A stretch of DNA of 64,000 nucleotides, taken from the sequence record OZ335960.1; one strand, 5' to 3'. The position numbers and the translations under genes are program-made. A model generated the notes under the pieces. The model made no database searches and had not been told where the DNA came from. It worked only from the letters and a program-made list of their open reading frames with translations. This document shows positions 19,638 through 29,504 of this stretch, in pieces (positions within the stretch are counted from its first letter, which is position 1; every line of letters begins with the position of its first letter). This DNA comes from a phage.

Positions 19638-20269
19638 TCAACTACCTCAATATCATACACTTTAAATGTTCCAAATGAATCGTGTAATTTTTCTTTTGAA
19701 ATAGAAGTTATTTTATACTTTCCAATTGGAATCATCCATTCTTGTTCACGTACAATCATCATTAAGTTATCAGTACGTTCTGAATCTAATCCATCGGTAT
19801 CTTCATATGTATACTTAAACTCAGTATTAGGAGAAGAAAGTATAATATCGCTGATATGGTCAGAATAATTAAAAGCTTTATCAGTTTTTAAGCGAAATAT
19901 TATTTCAGTGGAATATTCAACATAAGAAAAACCACATGCTGTATGCAAACTAGTAGTAAATGAATCTACTCTGTTCGTTGAAAACACTTCTCCAACTTGT
20001 AAATCTTTAATGAGTTCTTTTGTCGATTTTGATATACCACGATATAGCTGATAAGGCGATTTAGTTAAATGCTTTTTAACGATTTTATTCAACTGCCGAT
20101 GAAGAGCTTCATTCTTTTTGGCTTCCATACATTGCCAAAGAACTGACTGTTCAAAGTCAGTAAATTTTTCACAGACCTTTTTATACATATTATATTGAAA
20201 ATCGACACTTTCAGCTTTTATAGATAACTGTTCAACATCTGCGAGATTAATAATCATGATAGCCTCCAT
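19634..20269 (-). CDS. modB: ADP-ribosyltransferase ModB
   Basis: 211 aa; paralog of ModA immediately upstream. Confidence 0.7.
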   Translation of the reverse strand: MEAIMIINLADVEQLSIKAESVDFQYNMYKKVCEKFTDFEQSVLWQCMEAKKNEALHRQLNKIVKKHLTKSPYQLYRGISKSTKELIKDLQVGEVFSTNRVDSFTTSLHTACGFSYVEYSTEIIFRLKTDKAFNYSDHISDIILSSPNTEFKYTYEDTDGLDSERTDNLMMIVREQEWMIPIGKYKITSISKEKLHDSFGTFKVYDIEVVE

Positions 20270-20283
20270 ATACTTCAGAAGCT

Positions 20284-20316
20284 ATCATATCATTGTTAGG
20301 AAGGAAAGTAAACAAC
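20284..20316 (-). promoter_or_regulatory. early promoter upstream of modB
   Basis: Minus strand GTTTACtttccttcctaacaatgaTATGAT. Confidence 0.5.
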
Positions 20317-20324
20317 TTTTTGAA

Positions 20325-20507
20325 TTATTTTGCCCAGGGAGCCCAGGGCGGAGGGTCAAGATGGTATGAAGCTAGTTCTTCTAGAAGAGCATCTGGGGCT
20401 TCAATTCCATAATTCTGTAATACTATACGGTACTCTTTCTTATAATCACTAGAATCATTCTGGATATTCGTAGAATGATTATCTTCTAACATCTCAAATA
20501 AATCCAT
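20325..20507 (-). CDS. hypothetical protein, 60 aa
   Basis: Six-frame ORF; C-terminal PPPWAPWAK. Confidence 0.4.
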   Translation of the reverse strand: MDLFEMLEDNHSTNIQNDSSDYKKEYRIVLQNYGIEAPDALLEELASYHLDPPPWAPWAK

Positions 20508-20515
20508 ATTAATTC

Positions 20516-20986
20516 CTAGCGATAAAAACCAAAATAACGATTAGCTTCAATAATCTTTCTTTCTTCTTCAGACATTCTCCAGCGTAGTCCAACATCAAAA
20601 TGAGCCCAGACCATCTTAACAAATGCATTTATATCTTTAATATCTTCAATAATGAATGATTTACTTTTAGAAGGTTGACTAGCTAATTTAACTTTATCGT
20701 CTTCAAACAGGTCAAAAAGACCATATTCATGAGCTCTTTTATAGCCTTTAATAGTTAAAGCTTCAGAAGAAGAAAAAGGTGAATCAGTATTCTGCAAAAT
20801 ATCTTCAGTATGCTTTATAATTAGAATAACATTTTCTGGATATTTTCTTTCTTTTATATCTTTAATTAAAAGATCCGGATTTTCTGCTAAAGGAATAATT
20901 AATGAGCACTTTTTATCAAGTGTATTTACTGATTTACCTTCTTTGGACATAAATTCTATTGAATAATGTTTTGCTACTTCAATCAT
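20516..20986 (-). CDS. hypothetical protein, 156 aa
   Basis: Six-frame ORF. Confidence 0.5.
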   Translation of the reverse strand: MIEVAKHYSIEFMSKEGKSVNTLDKKCSLIIPLAENPDLLIKDIKERKYPENVILIIKHTEDILQNTDSPFSSSEALTIKGYKRAHEYGLFDLFEDDKVKLASQPSKSKSFIIEDIKDINAFVKMVWAHFDVGLRWRMSEEERKIIEANRYFGFYR

Positions 20987-21139
20987 GTGATTTCCTCTTG
21001 CCTACTAATGGGCCGTCAGGAATTTTGTTTTCCTGGATATATTTCTCATTTTCTTCCATCATTTTACTGCCAATTTTAAGAAGCAAATCCATTGCTTCAT
21101 TTGCTTTAGCTTTAGCCTCTTCTAACGTCATATCTCTGT

Positions 21140-21343
21140 TCACGATTTATCCCCATAGATGTCTCTCATCAATTTAAGCGCTGAGCGTTCTAATTTCTTT
21201 TCTTTCTCAGCACTAATCATTGATTTCATCCATTCTTCTGATTCGTTCTGCATTTCTTTATTTGCTTGTTCAACCCAACCATCGTCAATATACATTGAGT
21301 TTGGTCTATTGAACCATTCAAGCATCTTCTTCAGAACTTTCAT
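21140..21343 (-). CDS. hypothetical protein, 67 aa
   Basis: Six-frame ORF. Confidence 0.4.
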   Translation of the reverse strand: MKVLKKMLEWFNRPNSMYIDDGWVEQANKEMQNESEEWMKSMISAEKEKKLERSALKLMRDIYGDKS

Positions 21344-21815
21344 TTGTTTTACCTAAAACAATAGTAGGAGCATCGTCAAATTTATGAATTTTTAGTAAAT
21401 TTGGATGTAAACTATTCCACACAGAAGAAATAAAGTATGATAAAGCATCTTCACTTGCAATTATAAATTTATTTCCTTTATCTATTTTCCAACTATATAC
21501 TGAATCATACGAATAAAAAGATAAAGGTTTATCATTATATTGTTCTGCGCTAACATTAATGTATTCTGATTTAGTAAATGCTTCAATTGCTCTAAACGGA
21601 ATATTTGGCACAGTTTCAATAATACCAATCTTTTTAAGTTTTATTTCAGCATCTTCTGGAACTGGCATTGAAACGAAATTTTCTACGAGATACATTGGGT
21701 CACAATAACCCTTATCAATCATTACTGCTACGGTAATTGGAACGTCTTTAGCAAACGACAAACTATTACTGCTAATATACATTTCAAACAAAATCGCTTC
21801 CATAATTTTCCTCAA
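21318..21815 (-). CDS. hypothetical protein, 165 aa
   Basis: Six-frame ORF. Confidence 0.5.
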   Translation of the reverse strand: MRKIMEAILFEMYISSNSLSFAKDVPITVAVMIDKGYCDPMYLVENFVSMPVPEDAEIKLKKIGIIETVPNIPFRAIEAFTKSEYINVSAEQYNDKPLSFYSYDSVYSWKIDKGNKFIIASEDALSYFISSVWNSLHPNLLKIHKFDDAPTIVLGKTNESSEEDA

Positions 21816-22150
21816 TCACAAGATGTAGATGAACAACTAGAATCACAAGAACTTCCACATGAATCGCCCGTCCATACATGAATAGGAACATTAGTGTCAT
21901 ATGAATCAGAACTAGACTGTGCATTCTGTGTATTAGATGATGTAGGTGTTGACCAGCGCCAAGGATTTTTATAATATTCCTGGGCTTCTTCATAAGTCAT
22001 AGTAACTGCTTCTACTGTTCCATCTCCCATATAAACATATTCAACTACAGTTAAAGGAAGGTAGTCATTTGAAATAGGAACTACACCTTCTCCGGGAGTT
22101 GTAGAGAAAAAATCCGTAAAGAAACTTTTAAACCAATTAAAGATAAACAT
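21812..22150 (-). CDS. hypothetical protein with Cys/Ser-rich C-terminal tail, 112 aa
   Basis: C-terminus [18 protein letters not shown]. Confidence 0.5.
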   Translation of the reverse strand: MFIFNWFKSFFTDFFSTTPGEGVVPISNDYLPLTVVEYVYMGDGTVEAVTMTYEEAQEYYKNPWRWSTPTSSNTQNAQSSSDSYDTNVPIHVWTGDSCGSSCDSSCSSTSCD

Positions 22151-22362
22151 TACAAAAAGCCTCTTTGAAATTCGACTCTTTGAAATCCACCCCAGTCAGT
22201 GTATCGCATTTCAGCATTGAACTCGACTGAACCATCTGCATGCATCATGAATGAATGCGTGACGATATCACAATCCCAGCTTTTCATACCCCATTTATCA
22301 GAGATAGCTTTATCAAGAACCTTCTGGAGGTCTTCATTTGGTTTAATCCAGCGATTTAACAT
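22150..22362 (-). CDS. hypothetical protein, 70 aa
   Basis: Six-frame ORF downstream of promoter 22387-22420. Confidence 0.5.
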   Translation of the reverse strand: MLNRWIKPNEDLQKVLDKAISDKWGMKSWDCDIVTHSFMMHADGSVEFNAEMRYTDWGGFQRVEFQRGFL

Positions 22363-22386
22363 AGTGCTCTCCTCTATAAGATAATT

Positions 22387-22420
22387 CTATTATACCATAC
22401 TCATTTTGGAAAGTAAACCG
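22387..22420 (-). promoter_or_regulatory. early promoter (-35 GTTTAC, 18 nt, -10 TATAAT)
   Basis: Minus strand GTTTACtttccaaaatgagtatggTATAAT. Confidence 0.6.
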
Positions 22421-22426
22421 GTAAAA

Positions 22427-22451
22427 TGAAAAAGGACTCCCGAAGGAGTCC
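22427..22451 (-). terminator. UUCG-loop terminator after soc
   Basis: GGACUCCUUCGGGAGUCC plus U-run on minus strand. Confidence 0.6.
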
Positions 22452-22457
22452 TTGAAA

Positions 22458-22703
22458 TTATTCACCAGTTACTTTCCACAAATCTTCGTTTGCAGCAATC
22501 CATGCATCACGTTGATTTTCTTCGTATACTGTAGTATATGCTGCTTTTTCTGAAGGGAATATCTGATAATGAGCGCCAGAAATTTTGTGAACGTCAGAAT
22601 AAAGAGGGAAAGCTACAGAAATTTCTTTTCCTTCAATTTTCTTATTTCCATCTAATTTCTGCTCAAATGTTTTAATATTAACATAACCGCGAGTACTAGC
22701 CAT
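22458..22703 (-). CDS. soc: small outer capsid protein Soc
   Basis: 81 aa; sequence MASTRGYVNIKTFEQ... as I recall Soc. Confidence 0.85.
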   Translation of the reverse strand: MASTRGYVNIKTFEQKLDGNKKIEGKEISVAFPLYSDVHKISGAHYQIFPSEKAAYTTVYEENQRDAWIAANEDLWKVTGE

Positions 22704-22775
22704 GTAATTCTCCTTTTATTTAAATTACATGACTATTTATAATAAATTCTCACAGCTTTTAAGCTGTCGTTTATA

Positions 22776-23294
22776 TTAATAACCTCGGTCTTGACGAGCG
22801 AAGTTTTCGGCATTTTTTAGATAATAAAGTTTAAAGATTTCTTCAGCCGTAAGACCGAGACTCTGGAACATGTTCAGAACGAAATGAAGAATATCAATCA
22901 TTTCAAATTTAATTTCCAACTGGTCTTGTGGAGATAAGTCAGTAATCAGAGTTTCACGACGTTCACCGTGTTGAGCTTTCCACGGCTTCCATACAGCAGA
23001 TGCATCTTTTTCGCCATTGCTCATACCACCAAGAGAAGTCAGTAGTTCGCGGAATTCATCATCAATATAATCTTTCTGATTACGCAGCCAATCAACAACT
23101 TCACCTGCGGTAGCCAAATCATCAGGATGACGGTTATATTCAGGTTTATCTTTAGCTAAACGAACCTGCAGAGATTTCTGCATATCAAGCATAACTTGCA
23201 GCGGATCTTTTTCATCACCGAGAATATCCCAGTATTCGTTTTGAGCTTTATCAGCGCCTTCAATCAGTTGTGAACATTCATTAAAGTAAGCCAT
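22776..23294 (-). CDS. 56: dCTP pyrophosphatase gp56
   Basis: 172 aa from ATG at 23294 with SD AAAGGA; MazG-like; T4 gp56 is 171 aa. Confidence 0.75.
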   Translation of the reverse strand: MAYFNECSQLIEGADKAQNEYWDILGDEKDPLQVMLDMQKSLQVRLAKDKPEYNRHPDDLATAGEVVDWLRNQKDYIDDEFRELLTSLGGMSNGEKDASAVWKPWKAQHGERRETLITDLSPQDQLEIKFEMIDILHFVLNMFQSLGLTAEEIFKLYYLKNAENFARQDRGY

Positions 23295-23365
23295 TATTTT
23301 TCCTTTCAATTCATGGGTTAGTAGATTAATTATACAATAAATATATAAAGCAATAAGGAGGACAT

Positions 23366-23566
23366 ATGGTACAAAAATTAATGGCACTTGTTAATGCCAT
23401 AAAAGGTAATAAAAGACGTATAGCTTTTACTATTTCTGCTATGGTAGGAATTTTACTTTGGAATTTTATTTTATCACCAATTGCTATTGCTCATGGCGTT
23501 AATATTCCAGTAATTACTCTTGATACATTCGTAGATTTAGCATTTGCTTTAGTTGGGTTAATTTAA
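23366..23566 (+). CDS. small membrane protein, 66 aa, plus strand
   Basis: Strong SD AAGGAGG 4 nt before ATG; two hydrophobic segments; intergenic between 56 and 61. Confidence 0.4.
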   Translation: MVQKLMALVNAIKGNKRRIAFTISAMVGILLWNFILSPIAIAHGVNIPVITLDTFVDLAFALVGLI

Positions 23567-24591
23567 ATCTTAGCATATTTAGATAGCCGCATTTTAGCCA
23601 TCAACCCTTGAGCAATATTATTTTTCATATATTCCATAATTTGTTCAGGGGTTGCACCTTCCTTTCTAATCATATCATTAACATCTTTTGATTTCCAGGG
23701 AGATTTGTCCCAAAACATAACCCTTTCTCCTGCATCAACTAATTTAGTCATTCGTTTAATAGTGTCAGGGTGACGAGGTTCATTATCTAAAACCCATACA
23801 CGTCTATCTTTAAATGGAACAATTTCTAGGTCTAATTGACCACCCGTAATAGCTATACCATTTTCAATAAAAAGTGAATCTATAGGTCCTTCTAGAACAT
23901 ATACATCACCATCTTTGACTCGTTCAACTCCATAGATTTTTGTTGCCTCAGGATAAGCTTTGATGGTAATATATTTTTGAGGAGCATCTTTCTTTAGTGC
24001 ACGTCCTTGAAAAGACTCAGCTTTTCCATTAGCGTTATAAATTGGAATAACAAGACGAGGCTCAGGTATTTCCTTTTTATATGTTCCTGGCGCTATACTA
24101 TTAACTAATTTAGGCCATTCGGTTGTAAACCAAAGATATTTCCATTTATCCTTTGGAATACAACGAGCTTTTACATATTTTATAATTGGATGGTCTTCCG
24201 CCAGTTTATCTAATCTAATGCATGACGGAAGAGATTTAATTATTTTCTTCTCAGGTTGTTTAGGAAGTTCTTTAGGTTTTTCTACTGGACGACTTTTACC
24301 TTTTTCTTTTCTTATTTCAAAGATATACTCACGATATAAATCGGGTTCAAACTCCTTTAAATATATTCCAATTGGTGCATGATAGTTACAGTTATAACAA
24401 TGAATATTTCCTTCATTATTATCACCATAATACCATCCACGGGCTTTATTTTGGTCGGTTTTTGAATCTCCACAAACAGGGCATCTAAACCGCAATTTAA
24501 AAGTTGAACTATTATTTACTTGTGTGAATTTAGGTAAATGAGCTAATGCACGGTATGCAAACTCATTATCAATCCAAGGTATTGATGACAT
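23563..24591 (-). CDS. 61: DNA primase gp61
   Basis: 342 aa as T4 gp61; zinc ribbon CPVCGDS...CYNC. Confidence 0.9.
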   Translation of the reverse strand: MSSIPWIDNEFAYRALAHLPKFTQVNNSSTFKLRFRCPVCGDSKTDQNKARGWYYGDNNEGNIHCYNCNYHAPIGIYLKEFEPDLYREYIFEIRKEKGKSRPVEKPKELPKQPEKKIIKSLPSCIRLDKLAEDHPIIKYVKARCIPKDKWKYLWFTTEWPKLVNSIAPGTYKKEIPEPRLVIPIYNANGKAESFQGRALKKDAPQKYITIKAYPEATKIYGVERVKDGDVYVLEGPIDSLFIENGIAITGGQLDLEIVPFKDRRVWVLDNEPRHPDTIKRMTKLVDAGERVMFWDKSPWKSKDVNDMIRKEGATPEQIMEYMKNNIAQGLMAKMRLSKYAKI

Positions 24592-24593
24592 TT

Positions 24594-24758
24594 TTACTCT
24601 TCTTTTTCTTTAGATTCCTCTTTTTTCTTTTTAGGAATCTGTTCAGGACCTTTATTTACTACAGCGCCTGACGTTGTTCCAGTGGAGATATTTTCAGGAT
24701 TACCACCTGAATCTCCAGCGACCATATCTTCTTTAATAAATTCTTTAAACGTTTTCAT
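24594..24758 (-). CDS. hypothetical protein, 54 aa (61.1 position)
   Basis: Hand translation MKTFKEFIKEDMVAGDSGGNPENIS...; stop overlaps gene 61 start. Confidence 0.5.
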   Translation of the reverse strand: MKTFKEFIKEDMVAGDSGGNPENISTGTTSGAVVNKGPEQIPKKKKEESKEKEE

Positions 24759-24770
24759 ATTAGCCTCTAA

Positions 24771-25064
24771 TTATTCACCTACCACTTCAGCGATGATATT
24801 TTTATTATTAAAGTTTTTATCGCAATACAGAACATAATTATACTGCATTACACCGCCAGACTTAAGCTGTTTTTGCACTTCAACTTTCATTTCAGGACGA
24901 TCACGCTCAACGATATTCATAATATCTGCTTCAATTTGAGTTTCAACCTCAGTCTGATCTGCAGTCATAGACCACTCACACAAATCTTTGTCATAACCCG
25001 CCATAGCAGGCTGAGCAGCGCAAGAAGATAAAGCAAAAATTGCAGCAAAGATAAATTTTTTCAT
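24771..25064 (-). CDS. sp: Spackle periplasmic protein
   Basis: 97 aa with signal peptide, as T4 Sp. Confidence 0.75.
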   Translation of the reverse strand: MKKFIFAAIFALSSCAAQPAMAGYDKDLCEWSMTADQTEVETQIEADIMNIVERDRPEMKVEVQKQLKSGGVMQYNYVLYCDKNFNNKNIIAEVVGE

Positions 25065-25122
25065 GATAATCTCCTCAGTAGTTTATGTTTATAGTATCTC
25101 AATTTCCAATAAAAGTAAACAG

Positions 25123-25422
25123 TTATTTTAAAACTTCTGCATAATCGCATGTTACAAACTGTTTCTCTAACTTGACGATTTTACGAAAGTATCTTTTGCA
25201 TTGACGAATCTGTCGCTTCGTAGGGCGCACAGCAAACTTAATAAATTCCACTCGACCAAATGGAGGACTTTCTTCTGCCGGAATATCTAACACCAATTCC
25301 CACGTATCTGCAATAAGTGCTTTAAATTGAGTATTTTTCCTGACGTTATACGGAGTAGGTTTAAATAAAACAATATGCATATTATCCTCGGCAATCCACT
25401 TCGCATACTTTCTTGTCATCAA
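25123..25422 (-). CDS. hypothetical protein, 99 aa
   Basis: Six-frame ORF. Confidence 0.5.
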   Translation of the reverse strand: MMTRKYAKWIAEDNMHIVLFKPTPYNVRKNTQFKALIADTWELVLDIPAEESPPFGRVEFIKFAVRPTKRQIRQCKRYFRKIVKLEKQFVTCDYAEVLK

Positions 25423-25564
25423 TGAAAGCTTTAACTAGTGCTTTATTAACTTCAGCATATTGATTAGTAGCCCATTGAACGTCATCTTTCATCATTGTGA
25501 TTTCTTTAGTAAACATGCTTTCGTTCTTAAACCACCCCATAAAAACTACCTTTACCAATTCCAT
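25382..25564 (-). CDS. dmd: Dmd, inhibitor of RnlA/LsoA toxins
   Basis: 60 aa, MELVKVVFMGWFKNESMF... as I recall T4 Dmd. Confidence 0.75.
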   Translation of the reverse strand: MELVKVVFMGWFKNESMFTKEITMMKDDVQWATNQYAEVNKALVKAFIDDKKVCEVDCRG

Positions 25565-25622
25565 AACAATCTCCTCATTTAACCAACAAGACTACTATAC
25601 CATAGTCTTGTCAGCTTGTAAA

Positions 25623-27050
25623 CTAAAATTTTAATTCATTTGCCAAAGCATCTAACTGAGCTCGAGCAGATTCGTTTCTTTGATAGCGATTCTGTTCAGC
25701 CTGAATCTGTTGTGAACCTGCTACTTCGTTCACTTCAGTTGGAGTAGAATCTTGTTCAATTTCTACCCATTTCTGATTTCCTTTTTGAACACCCATTAAA
25801 AACTTATTCCATTTATTCTTATCACCATATCGTGATTTGATTTGCTTAATGAGTTGTTGTTCAGCAGCTGCTAACTCCTCGGTTTCAATGACCGCAAGCA
25901 TAAAATCAGCTGTTGCTGGAAGCCCGGCAGATTCTGCAATATCGCTCATGTTAACATCAGAAGAATCCCAAGCTTGCTTACCAACCTGTGCTGCAGTCCA
26001 AAGAACGGTTTCGGTTTCAACAGCAAGAGCACGCAATTCCTCTGCGATAGCTTTAACAGTCGTGTAACTATTTTCTGAATAAACTCTAATGCGGCAAGAT
26101 TTACAAATACCCAGATAGTCAACAATAATGATTGTTGGAACAAAATTCTTCTTGAGCTTCAATTCATTCAAGAGAGACCTGAATGTATTAGCGTCTGCTC
26201 CACCAGTAGGATACTGTTTAACGATTAAACGACCGAGAGTAGATTTCTCACGCCATTTTTCCATTTTTCCTTTATATTCAGCGTAAGAAATATGCCCATC
26301 ATCAATGTCATCAAGAGAAACATCAAGCATATTAGCATCAATACGCTTAGCACAGACTTCTTCTGCCATTTCCATGGAAATGTAAAGAACATTATGTCCG
26401 AGCTGCAAATAATCTGCTGCTAATGAACACAATCCTAATGACTTACCAACGTTAACACCAGCCATTAAAACGTTCAGTGTTCCAGTTTCAGCTCCGCCTT
26501 TAGTAATTTTATTTAGAATTTTGAGTTTAAATGGAACCTTACGAGCTTTATTCATATAAGATAGCCAACGTGCTTCGTAGTCATCCATCCAATCATGACC
26601 AACGTAACTATCAAATGAAATTGATAATGCTTGGCGCATGATGTCAGGAATAGCACCAACATCCGGCATTTTCTTATTTCGTTTTTCCGGAGGAAGCTCA
26701 GCATTAGTTTGAATTTCAATTATTTTAGATGTGGCGTTAAACATCGCCCTTTGCTGAACATATTTTTCTGTTTCTTTTACTAACCAGCTGTGGTCTTCTG
26801 GAGAATCGGCTAGTTTCGAAATAAGTGTTTTTACACCAGAATATTCTGTTTCAGTAAATGAACTATTTTCTAATGCAACATTTAACGCATTAATAGATGG
26901 AACGCTATGGTACTCATTAACATGAGATTTAATTAATTTGAATGTATTTTTAGCTGGACCACTTTCAAAATATTCTGAATCCATATATGGCCAAACTTTT
27001 GAAAAATAAGCTTGATCAAATATGAGATGAGAAAGAATAATTTCTACCAC
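25623..27050 (-). CDS. 41: replicative DNA helicase gp41
   Basis: 475 aa as T4 gp41; DnaB-like Walker A GVNVGKS. Confidence 0.9.
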   Translation of the reverse strand: MVEIILSHLIFDQAYFSKVWPYMDSEYFESGPAKNTFKLIKSHVNEYHSVPSINALNVALENSSFTETEYSGVKTLISKLADSPEDHSWLVKETEKYVQQRAMFNATSKIIEIQTNAELPPEKRNKKMPDVGAIPDIMRQALSISFDSYVGHDWMDDYEARWLSYMNKARKVPFKLKILNKITKGGAETGTLNVLMAGVNVGKSLGLCSLAADYLQLGHNVLYISMEMAEEVCAKRIDANMLDVSLDDIDDGHISYAEYKGKMEKWREKSTLGRLIVKQYPTGGADANTFRSLLNELKLKKNFVPTIIIVDYLGICKSCRIRVYSENSYTTVKAIAEELRALAVETETVLWTAAQVGKQAWDSSDVNMSDIAESAGLPATADFMLAVIETEELAAAEQQLIKQIKSRYGDKNKWNKFLMGVQKGNQKWVEIEQDSTPTEVNEVAGSQQIQAEQNRYQRNESARAQLDALANELKF

Positions 27051-27059
27051 ACTTACTCC

Positions 27060-27404
27060 TTAAAAGAATTTAAATTTTTTCTTTGACCTTTTATTAAATG
27101 CATCTTGTAGTTGCATTGTAATACATTTTTCTACATGAGGAGCTAACTCAGCTTTTCTTTCTTGGTCAAGAACAGCAAAGTCCATTACGACTTTTCCATC
27201 AACCCAATCTAATTTTGTCACATACACAATGTGTGTAGAACCGTCTTCTAGTTTAATGACAATCTCCTGGATAACATTTTCCATGGCAGATTTAATTATC
27301 TTAAGAGATTCATTAAAAAGACGTTCTTTTCTTTCTTCTTCCCCCTCCGAAGAGGGGGATTCATCGATAATTTCTAGATCTAAATCTAAATCATCTTTAT
27401 TCAT
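27060..27404 (-). CDS. 40: gp40 head vertex assembly chaperone
   Basis: 114 aa from ATG at 27404; position between uvsX and 41. Confidence 0.6.
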   Translation of the reverse strand: MNKDDLDLDLEIIDESPSSEGEEERKERLFNESLKIIKSAMENVIQEIVIKLEDGSTHIVYVTKLDWVDGKVVMDFAVLDQERKAELAPHVEKCITMQLQDAFNKRSKKKFKFF

Positions 27405-28578
27405 TAAATTCTTCCATATCACTTAACTGATCTAGGTCAGTTTCTAAATCAGCTGCTGATTTACTTTTACTTTCTGGAGATTTAAATTTTTCAACCTTTG
27501 AGTTAATCAATTCATCAACTTCAGCTTCAACAATTTCATTACTATCAATAGCACCTAACTGATAAGCACGTTTAATAGCATCTCGGAATGGTTGATGCTT
27601 AAATAAAGGACCCCAGAATGTAGTGCAATTGGTATCTTTTGCACGCCAAGATTTTTCTTCGCGAATCATCTCGCCGGTTTCTTCGTCAAGAAATTCACGA
27701 GCATACCAGCCATTTTTAGGTTTTACCACAAATCCTAATTCAAGAGCCATATCTAACAATCCAGAATAAGGATCGATACCACCGTCAAATTTAACATCAA
27801 TAAAGAATTTACTTTTTTCTTTAACGGTACGAGATTTTTCTACATTTAGAACAAATTGATACCCCTGAAGATCAGAACCATCTTTAATCTGGCGCTTACC
27901 GATAATGAATACAGTATCAGCCGAATACATTACGCCTGTACCACCTGTCATCACGGTTTTACTAAACATTTCAATTGTTTCAATTGTATGGTTAACCGCA
28001 ACACATGGAATGTTTTTAATACTAAAATAAGGAGTAACAATACGGAATAATGACTTCAGTGATTTAGCACGAGTCATATCTGCCACAGATTTTTCATTCA
28101 AGGCATCTTCCGTTTCTTTCTTAGAAGCCATATTACCAATTGAGTCGATGAATACAATAACTTTTTCACCACGCTCAATAGCTTCAAGCTGATTCACCAT
28201 ATCAATTTTCAGCTGTTCAACTGACTGGATTGGTGTATGAATTACTCGTTCCGGGTCAACTCCCATGGATCGCAAATAAGCAGGAGTAATACCAAATTCG
28301 CTATCATAGAATAGACATACCGCGTCAGGATATTTGTTCAAATACGCCGCAACCATAGTCAAAGACATATTTGATTTAAAGTGTTTAGAAGGACCTGCAA
28401 AAATAGTTAAACCAGACTGCATACCACCGTCAATCGCACCTGAAATAGCGATATTAAGCATTGGGATTTTTGTACGGATTACATCCTTTTCATTAAAGAA
28501 TTTAGATGTAGTCAGTTCAGCAGTCATTTTAGAAGTGGAAGCTTTAATCAAACGGGATTTTAAATCTGCAATAGACAT
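27397..28578 (-). CDS. uvsX: UvsX recombinase (RecA-like)
   Basis: 393 aa; Walker A GPSKHFKS; acidic C-terminal tail. Confidence 0.9.
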   Translation of the reverse strand: MSIADLKSRLIKASTSKMTAELTTSKFFNEKDVIRTKIPMLNIAISGAIDGGMQSGLTIFAGPSKHFKSNMSLTMVAAYLNKYPDAVCLFYDSEFGITPAYLRSMGVDPERVIHTPIQSVEQLKIDMVNQLEAIERGEKVIVFIDSIGNMASKKETEDALNEKSVADMTRAKSLKSLFRIVTPYFSIKNIPCVAVNHTIETIEMFSKTVMTGGTGVMYSADTVFIIGKRQIKDGSDLQGYQFVLNVEKSRTVKEKSKFFIDVKFDGGIDPYSGLLDMALELGFVVKPKNGWYAREFLDEETGEMIREEKSWRAKDTNCTTFWGPLFKHQPFRDAIKRAYQLGAIDSNEIVEAEVDELINSKVEKFKSPESKSKSAADLETDLDQLSDMEEFNE

Positions 28579-28655
28579 TCATTTTTTCCATAGGCATCAT
28601 TATATTTTCCTCACTGGTTAAAGATAGAGTAATTATAACACAATAAATTTAGGCA

Positions 28656-29504
28656 TTAATCAACTGCTATTGGATGAATAGCATTAAACTTATGAAACGC
28701 TTCTGATTTTTCTTTGCGCGAAACACACATGCGAAGAACCTTTAATGGCTCGTCTTCTTCACCTAATGATTTTCGTTTTTCAATATTCGATGTTTTCCAA
28801 CGAGCTTGCTCTGGAAACTCTCTATTGATTTGCTCAAGCGCTCTATTATGTTTAGAATTACTACGAATTGAACTACATCCGCCTGGGGCTTGTGCTTTTC
28901 CAGATACAACCAGATATTTGAACAAGGCCAAATGCGGATAACCTTGATTAATTAAATTGAGAAATGCATACATATCTTCGCATAAATCAATTTTTCCATA
29001 CCCAATTTGTTCTGTTGTAAGTTTTCCAAGGTCATACCAGGTATTCGTGAATCCATATGAATTTTCACGATAATTACCCCAAGATGAAGTAATTTTAAAA
29101 ATAGGCAGACGAGCATGACCATGATAATACCCGCAATCCATGGCATCTTCAACGTATTGAATCAATTCATAGAACTGTTCACGAGTTAACTGATTAATTT
29201 TATCTACGCAGCGACGATCATCTTTCTTTCGCATTGAACTCATACGAATAGTAGTATCATCATCAATCATCCAAATTCGTTGACCTGCATACATATCAGT
29301 AATTGCTTTACGAGTACCAGCAATTCCGTTAACATCATCAGGAATAATTATAATTTTAGCTCTAGACCCGTAAGCGTCATAATAAGCTTTTTCTTCGTGT
29401 TCACGTACTACAATATGAGGTTCATAATCAGTCGGAAACATATCAAGGGCAGAAACTGCCCCTACGCGCTGATAGCTTGGAATTACGAATTGAATCATTT
29501 CCAC
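28656..29504 (-). CDS. DNA glucosyltransferase, probably beta-glucosyl-HMC-alpha-glucosyltransferase
   Basis: 282 aa in b-gt position but shorter than the ~351 aa I recall for T4 b-gt; size fits T2/T6 ba-gt. Confidence 0.6.
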   Translation of the reverse strand: MEMIQFVIPSYQRVGAVSALDMFPTDYEPHIVVREHEEKAYYDAYGSRAKIIIIPDDVNGIAGTRKAITDMYAGQRIWMIDDDTTIRMSSMRKKDDRRCVDKINQLTREQFYELIQYVEDAMDCGYYHGHARLPIFKITSSWGNYRENSYGFTNTWYDLGKLTTEQIGYGKIDLCEDMYAFLNLINQGYPHLALFKYLVVSGKAQAPGGCSSIRSNSKHNRALEQINREFPEQARWKTSNIEKRKSLGEEDEPLKVLRMCVSRKEKSEAFHKFNAIHPIAVD

